A model generated the notes under the pieces. It saw nothing but the letters and a program-made list of their open reading frames with translations. It was not told the origin of the DNA and did no database searches. A program made the translations under genes and the position numbers. Source: Paraspadella gotoi (lineage: Eukaryota > Animalia > Chaetognatha). From it: a stretch of 64,000 nucleotides of DNA. The stretch lies in contig CM119271.1 in assembly GCA_051294375.1 (NCBI GenBank), forward strand, positions 14,080,770-14,144,769. Reading direction: 5' to 3'. Below are positions 29,365 to 49,673 of the stretch, in pieces; within the stretch, counting starts at the first letter, position 1, and every line of letters begins with the position of its first letter.

Positions 29365-32349
29365 TTATGACTTAATGGAATCAACCGATTTCTTCCTCAA
29401 GCATCGGTTCGTTCGAAGAAAAAGAATGGCATCGGCCAACTCGGGCGACAATCTCCCGAGGTTTTGGCGGGAAATAATCTTTAAATAAGAAAATATCCCT
29501 TCAACCGAGACCCTCGCGCTTGGGAGGGAGCAAACCGTGCGAGCGATGGGTTGAACGATTTTGGGATAAAGATTAATTGTATCCCAGATGCTCGCTCCTT
29601 TGACCCGGACCATCTTCTCCGACTCGTCAAGACCCATCCGAAATGCACAAAGGCTCTGCGGTTCTTCGGCTTCGTTGGAACTCGCGAGGGAGTTGAGATA
29701 CGATTCAAAATCCGTCTCGCATTCGTTCCTTCCCTCGATTTCGAAAAGCGGGGATAACAAATGAGCGGGGGGAGAAGAGGCGCCTTCCCATCGCGAGTGA
29801 ATCTCTCGAAGAATCTTTTTAGCCTTGTCTTTTTCCGCGTGAGTGAGGAGTAGGCGGGATCGAAGATCTACCCAAGCCGCGGCGAGAAAGACGTCGTTTT
29901 CCAACAAGCATTTCTCCATCGTTTCGATGGATCGAGCGACGTCGAGACCCAAATTGCTGCCCAATTTTTTCAATCGAAAAATGACTTCTCTCCACTCGAG
30001 AAGACATTCGCCGGGCGTGAGATTTTCTCTCTGCAGCGTGAGAGTTGCCTTGTGAGGAATCTCAAGAATCGTGACCAAGCTCTCCAGCTCTTCCCATTCA
30101 CTATCAGTGAGACGGATTTCCTTCAATGGCAAATCCTTGATGAAAGGCTCAAGTTGAAGAATCCTTTTCGTCATCGCCAATTTGCTTGCCCAGCTTGTTC
30201 CGTACGGGACGAGAGTTTCCTCGCCGCATCGACTTTTAAGAATAGAGTTCAGTTTTGGAGCTCGCAGCTTCTTGGCGACGTGACGAAGCTTTTCTATGAA
30301 AGAAGCCGGCTGACCTGTTTCGATCGCATCCTCGATGCTCCGCTGAAGTGTATAGGCTCCACATCTGCCATAGAAGGAGAAAATAATCAGCAGAAGATAG
30401 GGAAACGATGTAGTAGCATTTATATTTCTACTGAAGAAAAATCTGACCTCATCTGGGGAAAGGATGAATCCAAAATAGGAAATCGAGTTTCATCCAATTC
30501 TTCTTCCTCGTCGTCGTCATCCTCATAGTCTTCTTTATCCCAATCCCCGTCGCTCTCACATTCTCGCTTCGCCTCGTCCATCATAACCATCGTTTTTATC
30601 CGATTCGATCCATCGTCAACGACGCAGCACAACAACCGAGAGATTGGCAATCCAAATCTCTCCATGACGTTTAGGACATAATCTCTCAGGAGTTGGTCGT
30701 TACCATAAGCCAGAGTGTCAACGAGCGAAAGGGTTCTGACGGCGAGTCCTTCGTCGGTCCAATACTGAATGGTGACCCCGAGAAAGCGCGACCCGTGACG
30801 CGTGACGGCGTCAAATTTGAGAAAGAAAAACTTTTCTTCGATTTCTCGAATTATTTTTTCTTTTTCCCGCTCGACTCGATCGAGAAGCAATTGAGCGATC
30901 GAATCGCGTTGCAAACTCACGCCGAGTCTCTCGGCCATCGTCCCGGCGATCGTTTTAAAGCCTGTGCCGGAAAAGACGGTCAACGGAACGCCGTCGTAGG
31001 TCACCATCTCAAGAATTCCCGACTCAAAATCCGCCTTTTTAACGATCACCGTCGCCGTATTGGAAGAAGATGGCGGAAGAAACTTGATCAAAGTGGGTCG
31101 ACTAGGTGGACGTCGTTTTTCTCGCGCGGGTTGTTGACTAATAACTTTAGCGGACTCGTCTCTTTTTTGAACCTCTTCAAACTCTTTAAGATGACTGCGC
31201 ATGAGATGTCGCTTGAGATTGCCCGAGGAAGCGCCTCCGGATTTAACACGGGTTAATACCACTTCGCAAGGTTTTCCATCTTTATTAAGAGTGCATTTGA
31301 ACTGGGAACCATAGTCGATGAAATAATTGTAAACGGAAGACGTTCGATTGCGGCTCCCCTTTGACTTGGATTGTATATTATTATCACTATGTTGATCTAA
31401 ATAGTAAATGTATAAATTAAGAGCTCATACATTTTTTTAAATTTAGTTTACTAAAATATCTCCTCCGCGTTCGCTTCCTTTAAAAAAATCAATAGTTTCC
31501 ATCGCATTCACGTTAGCATCTTTAATCGCTTCTCCAAATAGAATCACCTCAATAACTTCATAAATAATCATGTAATAAAATCTGGGGTGGTGCTTTTTAC
31601 CACCACACACTTTAAATAATAATAATTTTTTTTGCTTTAACCTTCTTTTAACTGCCTTTTTGTTTTTAACCATTTCCCTCTTTTGCTCAAAGTTAACCTC
31701 TGCTTCACTCAGAACCAATTTTTTCCTTCCTAAGCTTTGCTCAAAGCCAATCCTTGTTTCTCCCGCTTTTCCCAAAGCTAATCCCTGCTGTGCCTAAAGC
31801 CTATCCTTGCTTTAATTAATTAAGTAATATCAATTACTTAATTAATAAAGAAGGTAGTCAACTACTTTTTTATTACAAATCAACTCAAAACCTCACCCTC
31901 TCCTCACCCAAATCACCTTCTGTTTTGAGTCGCGCCGAAGTTGGAAGCCACGGCGGATCAAAGGGTCGCGCTCCCTCGTCCACGAAGCCTTCCGCCAAAT
32001 TGGCGGCCAACGCGCCTTCCGCGTCGTCGACGTCGTACGGCTCCGACTTGATCGGCGCCGCTTCGACGGCTGCGGCTCCAGCGGCGTCGTTGAACCGGAG
32101 GCGTTTTGGCGGCGTCTCCCAGTCGTCGAGCGGCATATTTTGATCGCGAAGAGCATTGCCGTCCTCAGCGTCGTCTTGGAACTGGTCGCAGAAACGTCGT
32201 AGTCTCTCCTCAAAGTCTTCTAGTTTATCCCGGAGACGTCTCAGGTCTTTCCTCAGGGGCGCCGCTGTCCCGCGGCGCTGCAGGGCGTCGACGTCCGCCA
32301 AGATGGCGTTTATTTGGAAAACGAAGGCAGAGAGTTCGGGATGCCGCAT
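29365..32349 (-). CDS. Host-exon::hAT transposase fusion (helical N-terminal exon + BED zinc finger + degenerate hAT catalytic and dimerisation domains; ZBED-like)
   Basis: The exon from ATG 32349 ends in a phase-1 donor (TTGG|GTGAGG, ~31907). Acceptor TTTAG|AT at ~31397 opens SVYNYF...C...C...SGNLKRHLMRSH (BED), KFDAVT, VVDDGSN, then a short intron, MRCGAYTLQ, TSWAS, SVEGIFS, RLSPELADAILFLR. Confidence 0.8.
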
Positions 32350-33153
32350 CGTTTTTGAGTTTCTTTCTAATACTTAATTAGAAAATTATATTATCATTAA
32401 CTCCTCATTTGCGTACCTTCTAAAATATTCAAAAAGCATTTATAAATATAAATATATAATTAAATCCGAGACAATGAAAGAGTAATCGGGAGCCGTAACC
32501 AACAAATAGTAGCGTCAATTAAATGAGGTTCGAAAAATCACAAACCTTTTTCGGAGACCTTCGAATCTCATTTGCAAATACAAATATGCCAATACAGTTT
32601 TCATTTGGAGGTAAACAGAGTTAAAAATTCCCAAAGAAAGCAAAGGCAACATTAAAACAATCTCTTAGTCTCTTTTATTTTATTTTATTTGGAAAATCAA
32701 GGAATCAAATATGTATAAAAATAGTTATCGCGACTTTTATTGAAATACATGTACGTACATTATAGTAGTATTTATACGTAGCTCAGAAATAAGCGTTTTA
32801 AAATACACAAAAATTGAGTGAAGGGACTAAAGTTGAGTAAAGAAAAATCTTCACTTAAAAGAAGAAGGCAACTTCGGTGAAAACCAGACATTCCTCAAAA
32901 ATGTGGAATCGTGAAAAATAAATAAACCTTTCGTATCTAAATTATTTTTTCCTAATTTCATAATACACTTTATTTTTAATAAAACCTTTAACAAAACAAA
33001 TATATCGACAGAAATAGATTTATAATATCAAGTCGCGGTTTTATAATGAAAAATATAATGACATAGATTTGGCAACAAAATGCTGCAGGATTGCAGCAAC
33101 AGCGGGAAACGCTTTATTTAGCAACAAGCGACGCCGCGGTTGCAGACTAAGAG

Positions 33154-33699
33154 CTACAGCATCGGCGACTGTTGATGCTCGGCCTCGAGTCCTGCCCGAT
33201 GGATGATGAACCCCAGCGCGGGTTTCCGCTGAACTTTTTTCTCGATCATCTTGAGCGCCTGCGAGTGCGTGACCATCGTGAAGTCGTAGCCTTAATTTCA
33301 ATTAATGTTTTTTTAAATATTGAAATTTAATTTATATATGCAATAGGATAATTGATCAAACCTTCGAATTGAAGGATCTTGTCGTGCGCTCGAAGGCCGC
33401 CCTTCTCCGCTGGCGATCCCGGTTGAATCTGAGTCACGTAGATCCCGCGATCAGGGTAAGGCGTGTTCGAGTTGTCTTGGTCGATTCCGCCGCCGAGCTG
33501 CGGACGAGAGTCGAGAGTCAGCTAATCAATCATTCAACAACCAATCCTTGTACTATCTGCCAATCACCCTGAAGCCCAGCCGGAAACGAGGTTTTCCGGC
33601 GGCGTCGACGAGGCAGTTGCCGAAATCGTCCCTGATCGGCTCCGGCTGCAGAGTAACGGCCAGTCCGGCGCAAGTGAATTCCGATCCTGGGACCGCCAT
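33154..33699 (-). CDS. TAX1BP3: Tax1-binding protein 3 (TIP-1)-like single-PDZ protein, 3 exons
   Basis: Spliced translation RLGFR|LGGGIDQDNSNTPYPDRGIYVTQIQPGSPAEKGGLRAHDKILQFEG|YDFTMVTHSQALKMI matches the TIP-1 signature (GGGIDQD, GIYVT, MVTH). Absent from the ORF track. Confidence 0.93.
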
Positions 33700-34215
33700 C
33701 GTCAAAGACGACGACGACGATCACAACGACGACGACGAACACAACGAGGTCGAAATGTCGTTTTTAGTGGCTTTCCCTGATTGAGTACAATTTGCGGTCT
33801 AATTGTGTCGTAATTTTCAAAAGTTGTTTATTTTTTTTTTTGGTCTCAGCGATAATCGAAATTTAAAAACCGCGAAGACGTAACCATAAGACTTTAGTGT
33901 TTATAACTTTATACTCTCTTAAAGAATTACGTCCGTGGTTCCTTGGATCTTTTTTTTCCCCGTTATTCTCCTACCAAAAAAAAATGGTAAGTTTTCTCAT
34001 AAAGAAATCAGGTCAAAAGTCTTAAAACAACGTCTCTATCTCATGGGCGTGAGAATGTATGATAAGATTGCAAAGATGAAATCAAAAACAAAACAAAGCG
34101 AAGTCTGTAGCCGCGAATTTCTTCCATTTGACATGTGATGAATTTTCGAGACCATGGTGTTCTTAAACTCGTAAATTTGAAAAAAAATCTATCGGATATA
34201 ATAATTTAATGATAT

Positions 34216-34364
34216 AATTTAACTTTCGTCGATTGGGGTTAGGGGAGGTTTAGGGTTAGGGGTGATTAGTGTTAAGGGGTTTTATGGTTAAGGAAATCTT
34301 TTTAAAAATATTTTTAATTAATTTTTTAAAAGAAGCCAAAACCCCAGTGGGCGAAAGTAAAATT
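34216..34364. mobile_element. Small inverted-repeat element enclosing TTAGGG-like repeats
   Basis: tttaactttcgtcgattggggtt ... aaccccagtgggcgaaagtaaaa; related element in the opposite orientation at 39303-39483. Confidence 0.7.
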
Positions 34365-35439
34365 TTAACTATTTATTATTTAATTTATCTTTCTGGCGGC
34401 TTATTTATTTATTATTAAGAACTAGTATTAAGAGTATTATCACAGTCGATCGTAAAAATAAGTAAAATGGATATAAATATTAATTAGATGGGAAACGTGG
34501 CATTCATTTTGCCCTACATAATATTGTCTAACAAAATGTATCGTAATATCGCCGGGAAAAATTTACTAGTCTTGTATTGTAAGCATCTGATTATCATAAG
34601 AAATGTTATCATTACCCACTAATAACTTTATCTAACTACATTTACACTCAGTACAAAATTATGTTCTATTTTTGTTGCGAGTCGAACAATCCTTTGCATT
34701 TATTCCGATTGTAAGTTACAATGTAACTAATATTGAACAATGAACATATAACAAGTTGCGTAATCTTCGTTAAAATTAAACTGAACTGACTAATGATATA
34801 AACTGACTAAGCGCCACATCGAATTTTATTGTTCACTCTTGTGTCAAGAAGATAAACTTCAGTTCCAATTCAAATGATATGGCATTATATAAAGTAAAAC
34901 CTAAAGATTTTTGTCAGAAGCACTAAGTTAACCTTGTGATTTTAGGACTGAGGAGTGAGGAGAGATGATAATTATAAATAACGAAATCTGAGGTTTCAAA
35001 AAGACCGAGAAATGATTAAAAATTTTTTAAGACTACCTCTCAGCTTGCACAATATCAAATTGTCAATAATAAACTTTTCGTATTAAAATTTAAATGAAGA
35101 ATAAATAAAATCGAATTGAATCTACGTTCGAAGTAGATTAAGCGGAAGAATGTGGGGAAAAAAAAAATTTTTTTCTTCCAAAACTCGAAAGACGACAGGA
35201 GCGATCCGGTCAGAGGAGCGGGTAAAGAGTCTGGTCGGAGGAGTGACGAGAGATTTTAGAACAATGAACAAAAGGAGAGAAAGGGTAAGGTAGTTAGGGT
35301 ATAAATATTCTCGACGTGGTTGCAAGGGGTAAGACACCTCGGTCGTTGCAGGGATCGGTGACGTTTCTTTCTGGGAAGCACAAAGACAGAGTTTCGATCC
35401 GTGAATCCATCGCCGTCTCCGAATGTTATTGGACGAGAA

Positions 35440-39930
<4,491 letters not shown>

Positions 39931-40856
39931 ACGACGCGGCGTCGATCACAATTAAGAGCCTATGCGTCGTTGACGTCAAGAGCGACGCCACATCTCAAAC
40001 GTCAATCTGTTTTGTTTTGTTTTTTTCAACCTAAATCGGGCCCCAAGTTTATTTTTGTTTTTTTTTCGATTGAATCAATCATCCTTTTCTTATTTTCGAA
40101 TTCAAGTAACTTTCTTTTTGAGGCTGACTGAATAAGGTTCAAGAAAAAAATGTCAAGATTCTTATAAGCAAGTCATTTCGTGGAGATTCGCATTGCTTTC
40201 CCTCTTTCTCCATTTTATTTATTTGTCAATTTGTCAGTTCAACATTTTACAATGCGAATTTTAACTGGGAAATCCGTGGGAGTGAAGCTTTACTCGTCCA
40301 TAAGTTATTTTTCATACTCTTCACTTCAATTCCCTTTCTGTAATTTCGGGAGTCGCCGACAATGACGACGAATGAAGTTTTAAGAAGACTGCTACGGCGT
40401 AGCAGCGCTACGCTCTCAATCTGACACAGAAACACGGAAAAAATAAAAACATTAACGAACTATCAATATATTTAGACTAATAAAGAACACAAAACGACTT
40501 TCACAAAATATTTTTTTTCATAATAAAATTGTACTGACTAGTGGGACTTGAATAATAATGCCACAAAACGTTACTTTAAACTCCAAATCAACATAATCTA
40601 CCACAAAAAATCCCCCCGCCCATCGACAGAGAAGCAATGAGCAAAACCCCTAAGCATGCTTTGAATCGGAACCTCTCAGTCCCAGGACACAAAATAATAT
40701 CTTCTGCTACAAATTCGGTTCCTTTCCGAACCCTTTCATTAAAAAGTATATATATTGTTCGAAATGCTAATAATTTCAAATTTAAATCGGATGGTTTTGA
40801 CGTGAACATTCAACCTCGCACAATTTCTTAGCAGGATATTATTTGTTATGGCCGAT

Positions 40857-43849
<2,993 letters not shown>

Positions 43850-45092
43850 CTTGACTCTTTTGTCTCCGATGAGGCGAAGAGAATTCCGAGTCGAAATCGA
43901 ATTGAGAAGAAGGAAGAAGAAGAAAGTTGGCGACAGTCGCTTTATTTTATTATGAAAGAAAAGCAAATATAAAACGGGATAAAAAGTTATCGTTAACGAT
44001 AGAAAGTGATGTAATAGCGACGACGAATTAAAAGTATCGGCGCGCTTATGTGGAAGAAATTTATAAGAAAGTTTGATATAACAATAACGACGCAAACGAA
44101 AAGATTTTTTGAGATTCTTGATTCGTATCAATTATAAAAGCTGTCGCATATCAACAAAGAAAAAAATGTCTTGCATAAAAAGTATACTTAGTTTTTTTGA
44201 CATTTACTTCACACTTCCCCATAAAATGTTATGTTAATTTTATGAATTTTCTTTTTAACTTAACATTAGGTCAACTTCGCTAACGGAAGAAGGGTCGGTC
44301 AAAGGGACCTTAGATTTCTAAAAAAATATAATCGGAGTCAAATCTTTCAACAAAAAAAGAAAAAACCCGCATAAAAATGTTCTTATTTCGAAGCTAAGAA
44401 GAGAAAGTCGAGTTGATTAGTTCGACCGTTTGACTTTGAACTGAATTCATTTCAAGGCCGGCCTTCGCCTTCTGAGCAGACAAGACCGATATCACACGTC
44501 CGGTCGAGCACGCTGTAATCGAGCGAAAATGAAGATCAAGATAACAAAAGGCATTATTAATAACAGACGCGTGTCATTACTAAAAATATCTAACAAACGT
44601 CAAGAACGACAAATTATACTACGTAAGACTTTGGTTTTTTAATCTTTGACAGTTTATTCTTTAAATTTTCGCTTCTTCAAAAGTGACAAAATAAAATATT
44701 TTCCCCTGTCCCATTTGTGAATGCGTATCTCTCTCTCTTTTTCTCGATCTCTTCACACAACTACTTCGAATGTAGTTTTCTAAATTTTTCGGTTTAGAGT
44801 TCAATCCTTTCATGCATATATTTCATACATGTCATAAATGTGTACACTCAACAACGACCTTCGAAGTTCAACCAGGTCAAGCTGAAAAGAAAAAAGAAAT
44901 GCTGAAACCGTCTGATGGAAGTTTTGATCTCCAAGATTAAAATCGAAAATCAACTATACAAATTATAAACTAATGATATAATATAATAGTATAAGCTGCA
45001 ACTGGGTTCGTTAACTGAAGCGATCACCAACCAACCTCCCAAGAAAAATTTCGCGTTTCAAATAGCGAACAACAACGAGGCGAGCAAGCGTC

Positions 45093-48000
45093 TCAAAATA
45101 GCTCGGGTTTCTCGATAGCGCTTTTGTCTAGAGGGACATGGCGCTTCAGGATCAATTCGTTCGCCTCGGCAAAGGGATGCTCTTTGGCTAAATGATTGCG
45201 GATGGCCGGACTAAAGAAAAAAGTTTTGTGGCAATCGAGGCACTCAAAACGAGGGGGCACGTGGATTCGCAGGTGCTGCACCTGTAAATAAAAGGCCGGA
45301 GAAAAGAGGGCTGAGGGCTTTTGAAAACAGGTGCCAATAAAAAAAATGTACCGTGTTGGATAAAGTAGCGAAAGGTTTATCGCATTTGGGGCACTTGAAT
45401 CGCTTTTCTCCGTGAGAAAGGAGATGAGTCTTCAAAGACGTTTTATCGGGGTAGCCTTTCTTGCAGACTTGACAAGAAAACTCGCATTTCTGGCGAAAAT
45501 GAACCTTAAATCGACAATAGTAATATTCATTGTATTGTGAATATGACAAAAAATAATATTAATAATAGTGCCTACCCTCGTCATGTGAATCTTGAGTTTG
45601 TGCGGTATAGAGAAAGTCCTGGCGCAAACTTGGCAGCGGAATTTCTTCGACTTGTTCGCCGTAGCGTCGCTCGGGTGGGCGCTCGTCATATGTCGCTTCA
45701 TGGAATCTTTATTGATTAAGATTCCGCAGCGAGCGCAAACCTAAGATTTGGGGGAAAATCGAGATTGAAAATAGGCGACGATTCAAATCGAGGAACGTGA
45801 CTTAACAACGACGACAACAACCAACACAAGCACTAAGTTATCGTCGACTGAACGCCAAAACGATGTCATGTCAATTAAATTGACTAAATATATACTTCTT
45901 TTTCTATGTTTAATCAACTACGACCAAGAAAACTATCACCATAAAAAATTCGAAATAAAGTGTCTCGGTCTACGCACCTCCTTTATCTTTTTCACGATTT
46001 TGTCGCTGCACTGATCCTTGTTCTGTTGGATGTCATCTCTCTCCTTTTTTAAAATAAGAAACGGCAATTATAATGAGATGCACCGCAGTAACCTTTTTGA
46101 GATGGGCAAAAGATTATATTGTGGCGGTATATTCACACCGCCTCATGTCCACCATCCTTCAGCCAAATCCATTGGCTCAGAGGGAGAACACACCATCCCA
46201 GGCGTAGTGTTCCATCCACAGTCCTGACGACTTCCCTCTGGCAAAGCGAAACCGTCCTAAAAGCCAACATTGAGATGCCCCATCCCAATGGGCATCACAG
46301 GCAACCCGGCTGTTGCCATAATATTTAAATTTTCTATTTATATTTAAAGTAATAAATCACTTATCTGTTAAGTTTTTACTAAAATATACCGCATTAACCA
46401 ATGACCATGTGATAATACACTAATACCTCAACGAATTCAAACATAAATAATGAATAATTATTAAAGTTATAAGTATTTAAAATAAAAGAAGATAGACGGC
46501 TAGACAAACAGACCAAACTGACCGAACAAAAAGTATCGGCGATTATTCGCGGCGCAACAAATGAAGGTAATTAATCCGACCTTTTCCTTAGGAGGCCCGT
46601 GCGTTTGGTTAACGTGACGGCGAAGACGTTCCGACGGGGTCAACCCTTCATTGCTCTGCAGAACGAGCAAGTCTAGATCGACGTCTTCGCCGTCGACGAG
46701 CTTTTCCGCGGAGGGCGTGGCTTCGAAGTCGCAAAAGGAGCACTCGCCCGGGCGGTCGTGTTCCCGGGCGGAGTGATCGAAAAATCGAGTAGGGTTGATC
46801 ATCGCGCCGCAGAACCTGCAGGGCAGATGGTTCTTCGGTGGCGGTCCCGAGGGGGTGTCGTCACGTCTCTCGTAGTGCATGATCTTTATATGGGTTTTAT
46901 ATACTTTTTCGTCGACGAAGGTTTTGGGACAAAAGCAGCACTCGAAGCCAACGACTCCGTGCGCGTCTCTCAAGTGCGAGAGGCCTCTGCTGTAGGTGAC
47001 GTGAACGCCGCAAATTCGACAGGGAAACGCCTTCAAGAGGGGGTTCTTCGTTGCCTTTGGTGGGAAATCGTAGGGCCAGTGGTGGGTCTTCAAATGACTC
47101 TTCAAGTCCTCGACGAGGGAAAAGGAAGAAGGACAAAAGCAGCACTCGAGGCCCTCGACTCCATGGGCGTCGACGAGGTGAGAGAGCCCACGACTCGGAG
47201 TCACTTTAATTCCGCAGAGACGACAGGGAAAGGCTTTGATCAGGTTGTTGGGCTTAGACCGTTTCTTTGGGGGAGGATTCGGAAGAGGGTCATGGGAATC
47301 CGGAGTAGGAGGGTCTCGAAACGGGTGCGAAGCTTCGGGTAAAAGCGGAGGAGCTGATGCAGACGAACGAAGCCGATACTGAGATTTACGCGTTGAGATC
47401 GAGAGTCCGGTCGGCCTTTCGGCGGAAGGCGTTGTTAAAAGCGTCACTGAAGAAGGCGTCGCATCTTCTTCGATCGAGTTTATTATTGGCTCTGAATCGA
47501 GAGTGTCGTTCTCGTCATTGTCTTTGCCATTGTCCTCGCCATTGTCTTCGTCATCATCCTCTGGCAAAAGAATTCTGTCCAATTCCATTTTATCTTCTTT
47601 TCTCTCTTCCTTCGGCTCAAACTGCGTTCGTTCACCCATCGAATCTTCGGGCGTCAAAGGAGAAGGAATGAAAGGCGGCGATGTAAGGACGTCACTATCA
47701 CTTTCAATTTTTATTTCAGACGGGCCGATCGGCGCGGAAGTGAGAGCCGCGGCCGCGAAATTCTCCAGCTCCGCCTTGACCACCACCACGCTCGACGTCT
47801 CCAGACTTTTCAGGATTCCAGCCACGTTCTCCGCCAGTTCGGCGGCGCCGCATCGAAAGGACACCGTGGCGGAACGGGCGCCGGCATCGGCGCGGGAGGC
47901 GACTACGAAGTAAGCGTTGGCGGCAGTGGTGGCGTCGGCGTCGAAATGCAGCGTCGCTTCGATAGCCGCTTCGAACCTGGCGCCATCTGTAGTTTTTTGA

Positions 48001-49069
48001 AGGAGTTGGAGGAAGAGGAGGGAAGAGTCAGGCAGGAGGTGGACGGACCAAGCGGGGAGGAGGGAGGGGAGGGTCGAACTAAAGGGGGGCGGGGAGGGAT
48101 GAGGACGAGGGAAAATAAAAGAGAGAAAACGACAAAACAAAATAACAAAAGATAATAAAAACATATGGTGGACTAAAACCCAAACCATTCATCAGCGGCC
48201 ATTGGTGCTGGAGGCAAGTCATTCGCCTCCCAACCCAAAGGTCGGGGTTCTAGCCCGGTGGTCGTCTGGCAGTTAAGAGGGACGGGGCGCTTAACCCGCC
48301 TGTAACATGGTGTTACAGCCTGATCCGAAGCTCAGGGACTGCTTATATTGAACGGTTCTGTCATTAACACATATCAATAATTACTGTCTCTTCATTGGTG
48401 AGCCCGACTTCCGAACACAACAGCAACAACAACACTTTCAGGCGACATGCCTCAACCTGGCGATGCACTTTCCGCCCACAACACATCAGGCGACATGCCT
48501 CAACTTGGTGACGAACTTTCCACCAACAACAATTCACTGAAGAGACGCAACAGACTTCTCCCTACGGGAGGGGGGATGTATGGTGGACTAAAACCCACCA
48601 ACCATTCATCAGCGGCCATTGGTGCTGGAGGCAAGTCATTCGCCTCCAACCCAAAGGTCCGGGTTCTAGCCCGGTGGTCGTCTGGCAGTTAAGAGGGACG
48701 GGGCGCTTAACCCGCCTGTAACATGGTGTTACAGCCTGATCCGAAGCTCAGGGACTGCTTATATTGAACGGGTTCTGTCATTAACACATATCAATAATTA
48801 CTGTCTCTTCAAACATATCAAAAGTAAAACAAATTACAACCAAAGACTTCTAAAACTCACCGCAACATTAAAGAATAAAAGAGAACGGCTCCATTCGCGG
48901 CGGCGTCGGCATCGTAGGCGACCAACTTGGAGTAAACCTCGAAGACCGCCTTCTCGAAAGCGGCGAAGGAATCGAGAATGACCGAAGAGTCGTCCTCCCG
49001 TCTAAGAGGCTTCAGTTCGCTCCGAAGGCGCGAGCAAAGGCGGACGAGCCTTTCCAGCCTCTTCTTCAT
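45093..49069 (-). CDS. Multi-C2H2 zinc-finger protein, paralog 1 of a local family with a shared N-terminal domain
   Basis: Exon 1 (49069-48861) joins phase 2 to ORF 46500-48188. Fingers include CRLCGIKV...HLVDAHG, CCFC...HLKTHH and a terminal HVPPRFECLDC...HLAKEH. Confidence 0.88.
46120..46320 (+). mobile_element. Solo LTR of TRIM family A (internal deletion)
   Basis: TGTGGCGG...TTGCCATA; TSD ATAT at 46116-46119 and 46321-46324. Confidence 0.93.
48164..48811 (+). mobile_element. TRIM family B, full length, with tRNA-like LTRs (Helenus-like)
   Basis: LTRs 48164-48394 and 48579-48811 (TATGGTGG...TCTTCA); TSD AACA; PBS TGGTGAGCCCGAC at 48396; polypurine tract GGGAGGGGGGA at 48566-48576; tRNA-like segment 48195-48265. 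Confidence 0.95.
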
Positions 49070-49673
49070 TCTTTATTCTTTATCAAAAAGAGAAATCAAT
49101 GAAATGCAAAGACTAGGGTGGGTTTAGCTTTGGACTAGGGTGGGTTTAACTGACTGGCCGGCGGACGAATAAATCTAAAGGAAGAGTGGGATGAAGCGAA
49201 ACGCGGGAAGGGGAGAATAAAGGGGAAAGGGAACGAGGAGATGGAGAAAGAGATCCGTCAATTAACAAGAATGACTTAACAAGTGAAAAAACTAGCAAAC
49301 AAGAACGGTGATTCCAATGTGTTGCGCCGCAGTGACTTTATTTTCACGTGTATTTCCCTTTGATCACATGATATGACATGACATGTAAAAAAATATAATA
49401 ACTATTATTGTGCAGAGTGCAGAGTAATAATGCATCTTTTTCTTTGGATAGGCAATGATTTAAAAATAAAACGGCGGGAAAAAATGTATGCACGCTTAAT
49501 AAATCACGTTATAAATTTATAATTTCCATGGATTTATTTGTGCGAGTATGTAGCTCGTAAAAATTAAACAACTAGAATCAATTAATTTTGTTCATAAATG
49601 TTACAAAGTTTAAATTTTTTTTACTTCAATATAGAAAGACCACCACGAGGCACGATTTTTTTCCCCCCCAAGG

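Noticed and set aside
48195-48265. Functional tRNA-Gly gene
   Set aside because: The anticodon stem is mispaired and the sequence is embedded in a repeated LTR, so it is treated as tRNA-derived.
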